Shown here one piece after another: positions 50,765 to 63,800 of a stretch of 64,000 nucleotides of DNA. Where the stretch lies: the NCBI GenBank assembly GCA_002104905.1, contig MCFE01000240.1, forward strand, positions 55,474 through 119,473, in the 5' to 3' direction. Origin of the DNA: Basidiobolus meristosporus CBS 931.73 (taxonomy: Eukaryota > Fungi > Basidiobolomycota). Position numbers and translations under genes: made by a program. How positions within the stretch are numbered: position 1 is the first letter of the stretch; every line of letters starts with the position of its first letter. Under the pieces are notes generated by a model. The model ran no database searches. It was not told the origin of the DNA and saw only the letters and a program-made list of their open reading frames with translations.

Positions 50765-52718
50765 ATGCTGCCAAAAAATAAAGCAAAGTTGTCTGGTTCT
50801 CAACCAAACCACACCGCTGATGGCAACAGAAGAACAGTTGGACAACAGCTTGCATTACTATTCAGTGCAACAAGTAGGGCTACATCCAAAAAAGGCCCTG
50901 TGGACAGTGTGCCCAATGAAGGTAATAATGCAGACTCCTCAGGCTCTCAGTCAAGTAGGCAATTGAGAACCTCTGTGGAGCCACAAGCTGACTGTTATGC
51001 TCAGGCAGATGAGAATGAAGCAAATGCAGTACCCTCAGTTGAAGATCAGCAACTGGCCATGATAACATCACCACCACCCATATTAGCAAGTATGATGTCA
51101 GCTCATACCAAAGCATTGATGAAGCAACTAGGTGCAGTGGCTGATAGGATAGATGCAATGGCCCTAAGAAATCAGGAAATAGTCTCAAAACAGGATGAGT
51201 GGATAAAATGTGTAGAGCAATCAATATCCCAGGTAGAGAAAGCAGTATCTTTTCTGCAAAGAAGGAACTCAAGTAGATTAATGACACAGTCAAGAATTGA
51301 GCCATTTCCTGATGTAACAGCAGAAGAACACTGTACAGTCTTTGAAGCACAACAACAGCGCCAAAAGATAAAGCCCACAGAGAATCCTATCACAGTGTGG
51401 GAGGGAGACAAAGTGGTGTTTATACCAAAGCATAAAAATCAAAAGACATTGAAGAGCTGGGAAGCCATTGAGTGCCATAATGAAGAGTGGGCCAGCACTC
51501 AAGAGGCTGCTAGAGGTCTAGCTTACCTTCATCTAGAGGCCAGCATACCATGGGACCATCAGGAACTCAAGGCCAAGCAGAATGCACTTGACTTGTTCCA
51601 TGAGCATTATCCTGGATTCAAGCAGGCAAACAGATTTTGGGCCAGCATTGGTATGTTAAGAAAGTATCTTAAGATTAGCAGAAACTATCAAAGGCAGAAG
51701 AACAAGTAAGCCATGGCTAAAAACTAGCAGCTTCCTCAAGAGCCCATTACAAGCAGGGCCAAAAGCTCCAGACAAGCGTCAACAAGACTTCAGGTAGCTG
51801 GAAGAGTGCCAATCAGGGACAAGCAGGCAGACACAGATACACCAGCACAACATTTATCAAGGAAAAAGCATAGTACCACTCAAGAAGCACCCAGTCAAAG
51901 TAGCAGTGAAGGACCTGGCAGTGATAAATCCCAGCTGCTTTTACAGGAGCCCATTGCAACTACAGTTGAGAGCTCAAAACAAGCAGAAAAGAAATGTCAG
52001 GTTGCCAGAAGAGTGCCAGCAAGGGACAAGCAGGCCAAAACAGATGCATCAGAGCAGAATTTATCCAGGAGAAAACACAGTTCTTTGCAAGAAGCACTCA
52101 GACAAAGTAGCAGTGAAAGACCTGGCAGTGATAAAGAAAAAGGTAAAGGGAAAAATCTCTACCCAAGCCTGAGACAGGGAGGCATGCAAAAGAAACTGCA
52201 GTTCTTGCCAATTAACGCCGCAAACCAGGAACAGACTGAATCCCATCATAGTCAAGAAGAATTATCAGCAAAAAAACAGCTCTTTTCACAAGAGTTGGAA
52301 GCGCAGCCAGTTGAGCTACACTCCAGCAAGGTGGATGAGTTTGCTGAAAAAGGCAATTTGTCTACCACAGCCTCCACAGCCTCCATTGTTGACAGAGTGG
52401 AGATCCCACTGACAGACAAGGCTACAACATCAAGAACTCAAAAGACTATCACAAAGCCTTCAGTGGAGTTTTGGAACATTAATAGGCATACTAAGAGGTT
52501 GCAGCACTTCTTCAAGAGCAGTGCTCAGAAAATGCACTGGAATATTGCAAGGATTTATTGCAAAGACTGGCAGATGAGGAGCTAGACCTTGCAGTGCTGG
52601 CTGAAGACCAGGCCATGTGGGACCAGTGAATGAACAGTGGCATAAAGCTGTTGGGTTCCTGCCAAGGTTGTGGAACCAGAGCATTACAGCAGAAATACTT
52701 ATTGAGTGGTGGTTTTAA
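50765..52718 (+). pseudogene. CACTA-like ORF2 (about 650 codons; coiled-coil-like segment, helical domain, 69-aa tandem repeat); function unknown
   Basis: ORFs 50765..51709 and 51806..52585 are in the same frame; the stop at 51707 is GGT in other copies; frameshift near 52540. Confidence 0.75.
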
Positions 52719-55700
52719 TGGAGTTACTTGTTGAGTGTAGGGTTGGGCTTAATGTTAGCATAGGGTATAGAGACTTGTATAGATCAATACAATTGGCAAT
52801 TGAGGCACAACTGAAGTTTCAATGGAAATAAATCAATTTATATGCATGAAAAGTAAGAGAAGCAGTTTAGTCAGGAAGTAAGGAGTGTGAAAAAGAGGTA
52901 ATAGCCAATCAATTCACACAAATGTAGGAGGCAATAGACTGTCTGGGATCAGAAAGTGAGCAAATTGGCAGGGAGCCAATCAAATGCCACTTATACATTG
53001 TTGTGATGGAAAATTTTGACTAAGTTTTTTGTGAGCTCTGGGGTGCAAATATTTCTAACAGTCTCTCAACAGTGTCCCAAAAAGATCAGTACCTCTTAGT
53101 CATGGGACTTTAACTTTTTGATGGCCTTTTGATGGGATCATCTTGATAAATTTTCATAGGGAATGGTGGAGAATCTACCTCAAAACTCTTCATCCACTTT
53201 TGTAAAATTCATGGGATAAAGCAAGAGACTACTGTACCATACTCCCCACAGCAAAACAAAGTAGCAGAACATGCAAACAGACCACTAATTGCTATGGCAA
53301 GATCTATGATCCATGATCAAAAATTATCCTATGATTGTTGGGCAGAATCAGTTGCAGTAGCTGTATTCCTTATAATAGGAGGTATAGCAGAATGCTTTGT
53401 AAATCTACTCCATTTGAAGCATGGTATGGATACAGACCCAATGCAGAACATATACAAATAGCTGGGTGTACAGCATATACCAAGAAATTGCCATGCAATT
53501 GGTCAAAACTTAAGCCAAAAGTATAAAATGCGTATTTTTGAGCTACTGTAATGAGAGTAATGCATACAGACTCTGCAATACCAAAGCAAAGAAGCTGATA
53601 AAGTCCAGGGATGTTTTCCTTGATGAGAACTCAATTTTTCACAAAAAATGATATCAGATGATGACAAAAGTTTGATCTCAAGTCTACCAGTAGTTAGGAT
53701 TGAGTCAGAGCAAAAAAATGAAAACTTTTTCACTCCCAGGAACTTTACAACCATAATTTAGCTTGAATCAGTGCTTAGAAATATACCAAAAGTGACCATA
53801 CAGGTATCAAGTGCCCAGAGATCCAACAAGACAAGAAATAGCCCAAATTACTATATTAATGAGTGTACAAACTTAGCCTATGCCTATTCAGTCCTTATTG
53901 ATGAGCCCTAGACTGTAAAAGAGGCCCTAAATACCCCTCAGACAAAGTTTTGGAGATCTGCAAAGACTGAGGAATATTGGGCCCTGATGGAAAATCAAAC
54001 TTGGGACTTGGTCAATTTACCAATTAACCACAAGTCAGTTGGATGCAGATGGGTCATTAAGACAGAGTATAAGGCTAATGGTACAATGAAAGATACAAAG
54101 CAAGACTTGTGGCTTAAGGATGCACTCAAACAAGAGGACTTGACTATACTGAGGCCTCTGCACCAGTAGCCAAGTCTGATTCCATCAGATTGATATTGGC
54201 TAATGCAGCCATATATATACTTTTTACTCATCAAATGGGTGTAAAAACTGCATTTGGAATGAATAACTTGATGAGGACATGTGTATGGACCAGCCAGATG
54301 GGTTTGTTGACCAAAATGGCCCCCATTTGGTCTGCAAGCTTAAAAAATCTCTATATGGTCTCAAACAATCACCAAGAGCCTGGAATTAAAAGATCAATTC
54401 TTATTTGGAACCTTTGAGTTTCTAAAGGCGTAATGCTGATTAAGTATATACAATAAGGCAGATGGAGCAAATCCAGCTCTATTAGCTTATATGTGGATGA
54501 TGTTATTATAGCCACCAATAACCTAGCAACATTGGAAGAGACTAAATCCAGCCTATTGAAGGAGTTCAAGATGTCCAATCTAGGAGAACTCAGTTGCTGC
54601 TTAGGGATAAAGTTCTCCATAGACAGAGGTACCCAGACTATCACCCTAAGCCAATTCAAGTATATTCAAGATATACTAAAGAAGTATCATATGGAAGACA
54701 GTAAACTGGCAGCCACCCCAATGGAGACAAACTTTAACTTGGTTAAACCTCAGCTAAATTAAGAGAGCTTGGTGCCATCTGAAAGCCCTAACTTTCCTTA
54801 TCAATATATGGTTAGCAGTCTGATGTATATAATACTTGGAACACATCCAGATATCTCATATTCAGTGGGTGTTGTCAGCCAGCATAATCAGAACTAAGGA
54901 TCTGATCATGTTGCAGCAGTTAAGCATATTTTTAGATACCTAAAAGGAACTGCTGATATCTGCTTAAGATAAACTTATAAGGATTCCAAACAGGATCTTT
55001 TGGGATACTCTGCTGCTGATTGGGGACAAAATTTGGAAGACAGAAGATCCACCACAGGATACACCTTTCTTGACTGTAAAGGAGCAATTTCATGGAATAC
55101 AAGAAAGCAACCAACCATAGCACTTCCCACCACAGAGGCAGAGTATATGGCAACCTGTGAAGCTACAAAAGAAGCAATGTGGCTAAGAAAGCTTTTTACA
55201 TATTTAGGCCTATGTCAAAAATTTCCTATTGCTTATTTCAAGATAATCAAGGATGTATACAACTAGGTAGAAATCCAACTTTTCATGCTAGAACCAAGCA
55301 CATAGATATTAGACATCATTTCATATGTGAAGCTATGGAGAATAACTTAGCTAGCTTAGCTTACTGTCCTACAGATGAAATGATTGCAGACATATTTACC
55401 AAACCATTAGCTAGAGACAAGTTTGAATATCTTAGGTAAAGATTAGGACTAGTCAGTATGAACATTTAGCTGAGTGGGAGTGTTGTAAGAGCTTGTAATT
55501 CCACCTAAATATTCACCAAACTTAGTCACTTAGATCATTACCTTCAAATCCTAGAGAATACTGACCAAATTCCTTGTCAGGATATACTTAGAATATTTTC
55601 ACCAAAATACCAGGTGCCCAGAACATGAAAATTCTCAAAGTTGTCCAAGCAACCACAAACTTTGCACACATGTTCTTGGTACCTTTCATAACCAATTTAT

Positions 55701-55826
55701 GTTTTGTTATGCCAAGACCATGTAAAACATAAATACTACTCTTACATTCAATAAATCATTAAGTGACAACCACATAATCTACTTGTTCTCCCAATCAATT
55801 CCAAATTCTCCTAGACTCTTACAACA

Positions 55827-56339
55827 ATGTACAGCTGGTTACCAAATTTGGCATGAATGCTAGTTGCTGTAGTCTCCTCCTGGAAGATATGTCTGCTTGT
55901 TTGTCTAATAGCTGAAGCTGGTGACACTGAGAAGTATCAATTTTGAGTATCCTGGAATTCAGCTAATATCATTATTACATTGTACTGGCCAATTCTCAGT
56001 TTCTCTTGGGGTGATGGAGTATGCAGGATCAAAGTTTCAGAAATGGCAGACAACCAGTCCAAAATAAGCATATTGTTGCTGGAATGCAAAATTTTGATCA
56101 GACTTTTTTGAAAATTTAAGGTACAGTTTTTTTCCAATGGCTTGTACATAATGTCTTGGTGTGCATGATATTTTGTGGTCATAGGATTCCAATTTTGTGA
56201 TAGCCTTTAGATAGATCCATAACAATTGCTTTCTTGAGGCTATGTAGTAGTGAGTAGATACAGTGGCCACCAAGATATATGTGCTCAGGCTTATGGTAAT
56301 GGTACAGCCATTTGTATCTCTTCACAACCACCTTTTGTG
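55827..56339 (-). pseudogene. CACTA-like transposase C-terminal relic
   Basis: Minus-strand remnants YHYHKPEH...HSLLHSL (56179..56388) match copy D near 40090-40160. Confidence 0.6.
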
Positions 56340-56469
56340 TGATGTGAAAACTTGTAATTCCACCTAAATACTCACCTAACTCAGTCACTTAGATCATTAC
56401 CTATGAATCCTTAAGAATACTGACCAAATTCCTTGTTGGGAGATGCTTGGAATATTTTCACAAAAATAC
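56340..56469 (+). repeat. First ~130 bp of an older copia-A LTR directly upstream of copy A3
   Basis: Repeats the start of the LTR that begins at 56470 and ends ...TTCACAAAAATAC. Confidence 0.85.
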
Positions 56470-59400
56470 TGTTGTAAAAGTTTGTAATTCCACCTAAATA
56501 TTCACCTAACTTGGTCACTTAGATCATTACCCTCAAATCCTAGAGAATACTGACCAAATTCCTTGTTGGGATTTACTTGGAATATTTTCACCAAAATACC
56601 AGGTACCCAGAATATGAAAATTCTCAAAGTTATTCAAACAGCCCCAAACTTTGCACACATGTTCTTGGGACCTTCCTTAACCTATTCTACGTGTTTGTAA
56701 TGCCAAGATCAGGTAAAAGTATAAATACTACTTTTACATTCAATTAATCATTAAGTGAAACCACATAATCTACTTGTTCCCCCAATCATTTCCAATATCT
56801 CCAAAACTCTTACAACAGATTATGAGCCCCAAGCCGTCACTCTCTGCAATGTCTATTACTGCTATTAATGGAACTTTTCCCTCTGCTGAAAGGCCGGATG
56901 GATCTAACTACTTAGTATGGAAGGTGAAGATGCTGCTACAAGAAAGAGGCCTTTGGGATATTGTCATGGGAGAAGAATGTCCTCCTGAAAACAAGGGAGA
57001 GGAAGCCTTAAAGTACCAGAAGAAAGAACAAAGTGCCTTTAACTGCATTTGCCTTAATGTTAAAGACAAATTGCTAATTCAGTGCTCAAGTGCAAAAATG
57101 GCAAAGAATGCCTGGAAGGCATCAGAAGACACCTACCAGTCATGTTCAGCTGCTAAGAAAATGCATCTGAGACAATAATTCTTTACTACAAAGATGCTGC
57201 TGGGAGAAGAAATGAAAAATTTAATTAACAGAATTACCCTGCTGGTAGATGAAATGGAACCTGTAGGCATACAAACTACTGATGAGGAAGTGCTAGTTAG
57301 CATCCTGAATAGCCTGACAGACAAGTTTCAGGGCCTTGTATCAGCCCTAGAGTCCAGAACTGAAGATTTGACCTTGAATTATGTATATGGAAGGCTCCTG
57401 GATGAAGAATTAAGAAAATCAAGCGCCAACAAGAAAGAAGAAGAAAGTGCTTTAATATGCAATTATAACCAACAAGGGAGGTACCCAAGACCCTACAAAG
57501 ACAACATCAACCTGTTTTGTAACTACTGCAAAAGGAAAGGACACACATCAGACCCATGCTTCAAAACAAAAGATAATCAGCAAAAGAAGCCTGAATATGG
57601 AAATGCTGCAACAACTGAAGATAGACTATTCATATCTGCACTAAATATCACCACAAACAAGGATTCTCAGACATGGTATACTGACTCTGGAGCATCTCAA
57701 CACTTTACACACCAAAAAGAACTTTTTACCCAATGTCAAGAAATTCCAATTAAGAATGTTTTCATGGGTGACAATAGAACACTTGATGCAGTGGGAGAAG
57801 GAACTATCCAAGTAAGCCTAAGAAGCAGTGATGGAAGCCATACACTGACTTTCAAGGAAGTACTCTATGTACCAGAAATAGCCAAGAACCTACTATCAGT
57901 AAGCAAGGCCACTGCGGAAGGACTCAGTTTCAGCTTTGACAATTCTGGATGCAAGATCACTGATCAAAATGGTGCCCATATTGCTTTAGGTATCAGAGAT
58001 CAGAGTCTATATAAGTTGACTTATATTCCATCATATTTGGAAGCCAATATAAGTAACTTAAATGAAGAAGCACCAATGCTTTGGCACAGGAGATTTGGGC
58101 ACATCAATTTTGAGTATTTGCGCAAAATGATCAAAGATCAGCTAATTTCTGGAGTAAAAGTTGATCCCCCAGCTAATTTGGAGCACTGTGAAGCCTGAGT
58201 ATATGGGAAACAAGCCAGACAATCGTTCAAGAGCTCTGGGTTGATCAAACCTAAAAAAAAACTAGATCTAATTCACTCAGATCTATGTGGACCTATGCAA
58301 GATCTATCCTTAGGTGGGATGAAGTATTTAATCACCTTTATTGATGATTAAACAAGATACACATAGGTCTACTTCATGGAGAGAAAGGAAGAAGCTCTGT
58401 CTAAGCTCAGGGAGTTTAAAGCCATGGTGGAGAGAGAAACTGGTAAAAAAATCAAGAAAATACACTCTGACAATGGTAGAGAATATACCTCAAAACTCTT
58501 CATCCACTTCTGCAAAATTCATGGGATAAAGCAATGACTACTGCACCATACTCCCCACAGCAAAATGGAGTAGCAGAGCATGCTAACAGATCAATAATTG
58601 ATATGGCAAGATCTATGATCCATCATCAAAAATTATCCTATGATTTTTGGGCAGAATCAATTGCCACTGCTGTATATCTCAAAAATAGGAGTTTTAGCAG
58701 AATACTTTGTGATTCTACTCCATTTGAAGCATGGTATGAATACAGACCAAGTACAGAACATCTAAGAATATTTGGGTGTACAGCATATGCTAAGATACTG
58801 CCTAGAAATCAGTCAAAATTTGAGCCAAAAAGTGTAAAATGCATATTTTTGGGCTAATGCAATGAGAGTAAAGCATACAGACTCTACAATACCAAAGCAA
58901 AGAAGCTAATCAAGTCCAGGGATGTGTTGTTTGATGAAAATTCAAAATTTTCACAAAAAATGACATCAGATGATGACAAAAATCTGATCTCAAATGCACC
59001 AATTGTCAGGATTGAATCAGAGCAAAACAATGAGAATTTCTTCACTCCAGAGGACTCTACAACCATGGTTCAGCCAGAATCAGCGCCCAGGAATATCCCT
59101 GAAGTGATCATTCCAGTGTCAAATGCCCGCAGATCCAATCAGACAAGAAATAGCCCAAATTACTATATCAATGAGGGTACAAACTTAGCCTACTGAGACC
59201 TTTGCACCGGTAGCCAAGTTTAATTTCATCAGATTAGTATTGGCTATTGCAGCCAAATATAAGCTTTTTATTCATCAAATGGATGTAAAAGCTGCATTTC
59301 TGAATGGAGAACTTGATGAGGATGTGTATATGGCCCAGCCTGATGGGTTTGTTGACCAGGATAACCCCCAGTTGGTTTGCAAGCTTCGAAAGTCACTATA

Positions 59401-60826
59401 TGCTCTCAAACAATCTCTAAGAGCCTGGAATTGCAAGATAGATTCTTACTTGGTATCTTTGAGTTTCAAAAGGAGTAATGCTGATTATAGTATATACTAC
59501 AAGCCAGATAGAGCAAATCCAGTTCTATTAGCTCTACATGTGGATGATCTTATTATAGCCACCAATAACCAAGAAACATTGGAAGAGACTAAATCCAGCC
59601 TATCTAAGGAGTTAAGATGTCTGATCTAGGAGAACTCAGTTACTACTTAGGGATTAAGTTCTCCATAGACAGAAGTACCCAGATTATTACCCTAAGCCAA
59701 TCCAAGTATATTCAAGATATACTAAAGAAGTACAAAATGGAAGACTGTAAACTGGCAGCTACCCCAATGGAGACAAACCTTAACTTGGTCAAAACTCAAC
59801 CAAATCAAGGGAGCTTGGTGCCATCTGAAAGCCCTGACTTTTCTTATCAATCTATGGTCGGCAGTCTGATGTATATCATGCTTAGAACATGTCCAGACAT
59901 CTCATATTCAGCAGGAGTTGCCAGCCAACATAATCAGAACTATGGATCTGATCATAAGCAGATATCAGCAGTTCCTTTTAGGTATCTAAAAATCCGCTTA
60001 ACTGCTGCAATAAGATACACTTATAAGGATTCAGAACACAATCTTGTGGGATACTCTGATGCTGATTGGGGACAAAATTTGGAAGACAGATGATCTACCA
60101 CAGGATACGCCTTTCTTGACTGTAAAGGAGCAATTTTGTGGAATACAAGAAAGCAACCAACCATAGCACTTTCCACCACAGAGGCAGAGTATATGGCAGC
60201 CTGTGAAGCTACAAAAGTAGCAATGTGTTTAAGAAAGCTTTTTACAGATTTAGGCCTATGTCAAAAAACACCTACTACTTTATTTCAAGATAATCAAGGA
60301 TGTATACAACTAGGTAGAAATCCAACTTTTCATGCTAGAACCAAGCACATAGATATTAGACATCATTTCATACGTGAAGCTATAGAGAATAACTTAGTTA
60401 GCTTAGCTTACTGTCCTACAGATGAAATGATTGCAGACATATTTACCAAACCATTAGCTAGAGACAAGTTTGAATATCTTAGGTAAAGATTAGGACTAGT
60501 CAGTATGAACATTTAGCTGAGTGGGAGTGTTGTAAAAATTTGTAATTCCACCTAAATATTCACCTAACTTAGTCACTTAGATCATCACCTTCAAATCCTA
60601 GAGAATACTGACCAAATTCCTTGTCAGGATTTACTTAGAATATTTTCACCAAAATATCAGGTACCCAGAACATGAAAATTCTCAAAGTTGTCTAAACAGC
60701 CCCAAACTTTGCACACATAGGTAAAAGTATAAATACTACTTTTACATTCAATAAATCATTAAGTGAAAACCACATAATCTACTTGTTCTCCCAATCACTT
60801 CCAATATCTCCAAGACTCTTACAACA
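56470..60826 (+). mobile_element. Ty1/copia family A copy A3 (LTRs 56470-56817 and 60528-60826), several stops and a deletion of about 0.28 kb at the start of RT
   Basis: PBS GATTATGAGCCC at 56818; ORFs 56774..60486 with CNYCKRKGH, TDSGASQH, HRRFGH, QMDVK, HVDD and YSDADW; PPT at 60519-60527. Confidence 0.95.
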
Positions 60827-63800
60827 GGTTATGAGCCCCAAGCTGTCACTCTCTGCAATGTCTACTACTGCTATTACTGGAATTTTTCCCTCTGCTGAAA
60901 AGTTGGATGGCTCTAACTACCAAGTGTGGAAGGTGAAGATGAAGATGCTGCTACAAGAAAGAGGCCTTTGGGATATTGTCATGGGAGAAGAATGCCCTCC
61001 TAAAAACAAGGGAGAGGAAGCCTTAAAGTACCAGAAGAAAGAACAAAGTGCCTTTAACTGCATTTGCCTTAATGTCAAGGACAAATTGCTAATTCAATGC
61101 TCAAGCGCAAAAATGGCAAAGAATGCCTGGAAGGCATTAGAAGACACCTACCAGTCATGTTCAGCTGCCAAGAAAATGTATCTGAGAAGAAAATTCTTTA
61201 CTACCAAGATGCTGCCAGGAGAAGAAATGAAAAATCTAATTAACAGAATTACCCTGCTGCTAGATGAGATGGAATCTGTGGGCGTACCAACTACTGATGA
61301 GGATGTGATAGTTACCATCCTGAATAGCCTGACAGACAAGTTTCAGGGCCTTGTATTAGCCCTAGAGTCCAGAACTGAAGAATTGACCTTAAATTACGTA
61401 TATGGAAGGCTCCTGGATGAAGAATTAAGAAAATCAAGCGCCAATAAGAAGGAAGAAGAAAATGCTTTAATAAGCAATGATAACCAACAAAGGAGGTACC
61501 CAAGACCCTACAAAGGCAACAGAGACCTATTTTGCAACTACTGCAAAAGGAAAGGACACACATCAGACCGGTGTTTCAAAAAGAGAGATTATCAGCAAAA
61601 GAAGCCTGAATATGGAAATGCTGCAACAACTGAAGATAGACTATTCATATCTGCACTAAGTATGACCACCAACAAGGATTCTAACACGTGGTATATTGAC
61701 TCTGGAGCTTCTCAACACTTTACACACCAAAAAGAACTTCTTACCCAATATCAAGAAATTCCAATTAAGAAGGTTTTCATGGGTGACAATAGAACACTTG
61801 ATGCAGTGGGAGAAGGAACTATCCAAGTAAACCTTAGAAGCAGTGAAGGAAGCCATACACTGACCTTTAAAGAAGTACTCTATGTACCAGAAATAGCCAA
61901 GAATCTACTCTCTGTAAGCAAGGCCACAGCAGAAGGACTCAGTTTCAGTTTTGACAATTCTGGATGCAGGATCACTGATCAAAATGGTGCCCATATTGCT
62001 TTGGGCATCAGAGATCAGAATCTATACAAGTTGACTTATATTCCATCATATTTGGAAGCCAATATAAGTAACTGAAATCAAGAAACACCAATGCTTTGGC
62101 ACAGGAGATTTGGACACATCGATTTTGATTATTTGCGTAAAATGATCAAAGATCAGCTAATTTCTGGAGTGAAAATTGATCCCCCAGCTAATATGGAGCA
62201 CTGTGAAGCCTGCATATATGGGAAACAAGCCAGACAACTATTCAAGAGCTCTGGGTTAATCAAAACTAAGAAAAAATTAGATCTAATTCACTCAGATCTG
62301 TGTGGACCTATGCAAAATTTATCCTTAGGCGGGATGAAGTATTTAATCACTTTTATTGATGATTATACAAGATATACATGGGTCTACTTCATGGAGAGAA
62401 AGGAAGAAGCTCTGTCTAAGCTCAGGGAGTTTAAAGCCATGGTGGAGAGAGAAACTGGTGAAAAAATCAAGAAAATACGCTCTGACGATGGTGGAGAATA
62501 TACCTCAAAACTCTTCATCCACTTCTGCAAAATTCATAGGATAAAGCAAGAGACTACTGTACCATACTCCCCACAGCAAAATGGGGTAGCAGAACAAGCT
62601 AACAGATCAATAATTGATATGGCAAGATCTATGATCCATCATCAAAAATTATCCTATGATTTTTGGGCAGAATCAGTTGCCACTGCTGTATACCTTAAAA
62701 ATAGGAGTTATAACAGAATACTTTGTGATTCTACTCCATTTGAAGCATGTTATGGATACAGACCAGGTGCAGAACATCTAAGAATATTTGGGTGTACAGC
62801 ATATGCCAAAAAACTGGCTGGAATTCAGTCAAAATTTGAGCCAAAAAGTGTAAAATGCATATTTTTGGGCTACTGCAATGAGAGTAAGGCATACAGACTC
62901 TACAATACCAAAGCAAAGAAGCTTATCAAGTCCAGGGATATGTTGTTTGATGAAAATTCAATATTTTCACAAAAAATGACATCAGATGATGACCAAAATT
63001 TGATCTCAAGTCCACCAATTGTCAGGATTGAATCAGAGCAAAACAATGAAAATTTTTTCACACCAGAGGACTCTACAACTGTGGTTCAGCCAGAATCAGT
63101 GCCCAAGAATATCCCAGAAGTGATCATTCCAGTATCAAATGCCCGGAGATCAAATCGGACAAGAAATAGCCCAAATTACTATATTAATGAGGGTACAAAC
63201 TTAGCCTATGCCTACTCAGTCCATATTGATGAACCCCAGACTGTAAAAGAGGCCCTAAATAGCCCTCAGACAAAGTTTTGGAGATCTGCAATGACTGAGG
63301 AATATCAGGCCCTGATGGAAAATCAAACTTGGGACTTAGTGAAATTACCAATCAACCAAAAATCAATTGGATGCAGATAGGTCTTCAAGACAAAATACAA
63401 GGCTGATGGTACAATTGAAAGATACAAAGCAAGACTTGTAGCCAAAGGATACTCTCAAACAAAAGGACTTGACTATACTGAGACCTTTGCACCGGTAGCC
63501 AAGTTTAATTCCATCAGATAATATTGGCTATTGCAGCCAAATATAAGTTTTTTATTCATCAAATGGATGTAAAAACTGCATTTTTGAATGGAGAACTTGA
63601 TGAGGACGTGTATATGGACCAGCCTGATGGATTTGTTGACCAAAATACCCCCCATTTGGTCTGCAAGCTTAAAAAGTCACTATATGGTCTCAAACAATCA
63701 CCAAGAGCCTGGAATTGCAAGATAGATTCTTATTTGGAATCCTTGAGTTTCAAAAGAAGTAATGCTGACTATAGTATATACTATAAGCCAGATAGAGCAA

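Larger units (their letters stand above)
43258..53161. mobile_element. CACTA/EnSpm-like copy E, complete (about 5.8 kb without the nested Pangu-like copy), 3-bp TSD AAT
   Basis: Ends CCCTTTAAAAAAT and ATTTTCATAGGG; AAT at 43255-43257 and 53162-53164; transposase on minus (about 50540 to 44000), ORF2 on plus. Confidence 0.9.
41658..55826 (+). mobile_element. Ty1/copia family A copy A2, 5' LTR truncated (41658-41761), split by CACTA-like copy E; 3' LTR 55481-55826
   Basis: PBS GGTTATGAGCCC at 41762; gag/PR/IN remnants 41800-43257; IN/RT/RH remnants 53162-55439; PPT GAGTGGGAG; the SDNGGE codons are split at AAT. Confidence 0.92.

Noticed and set aside
62073-62075. Stop-codon readthrough in the copia polyprotein
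   Set aside because: Other family A copies have TTA (Leu) here; it is a private nonsense mutation, as is the TAG at 63378.
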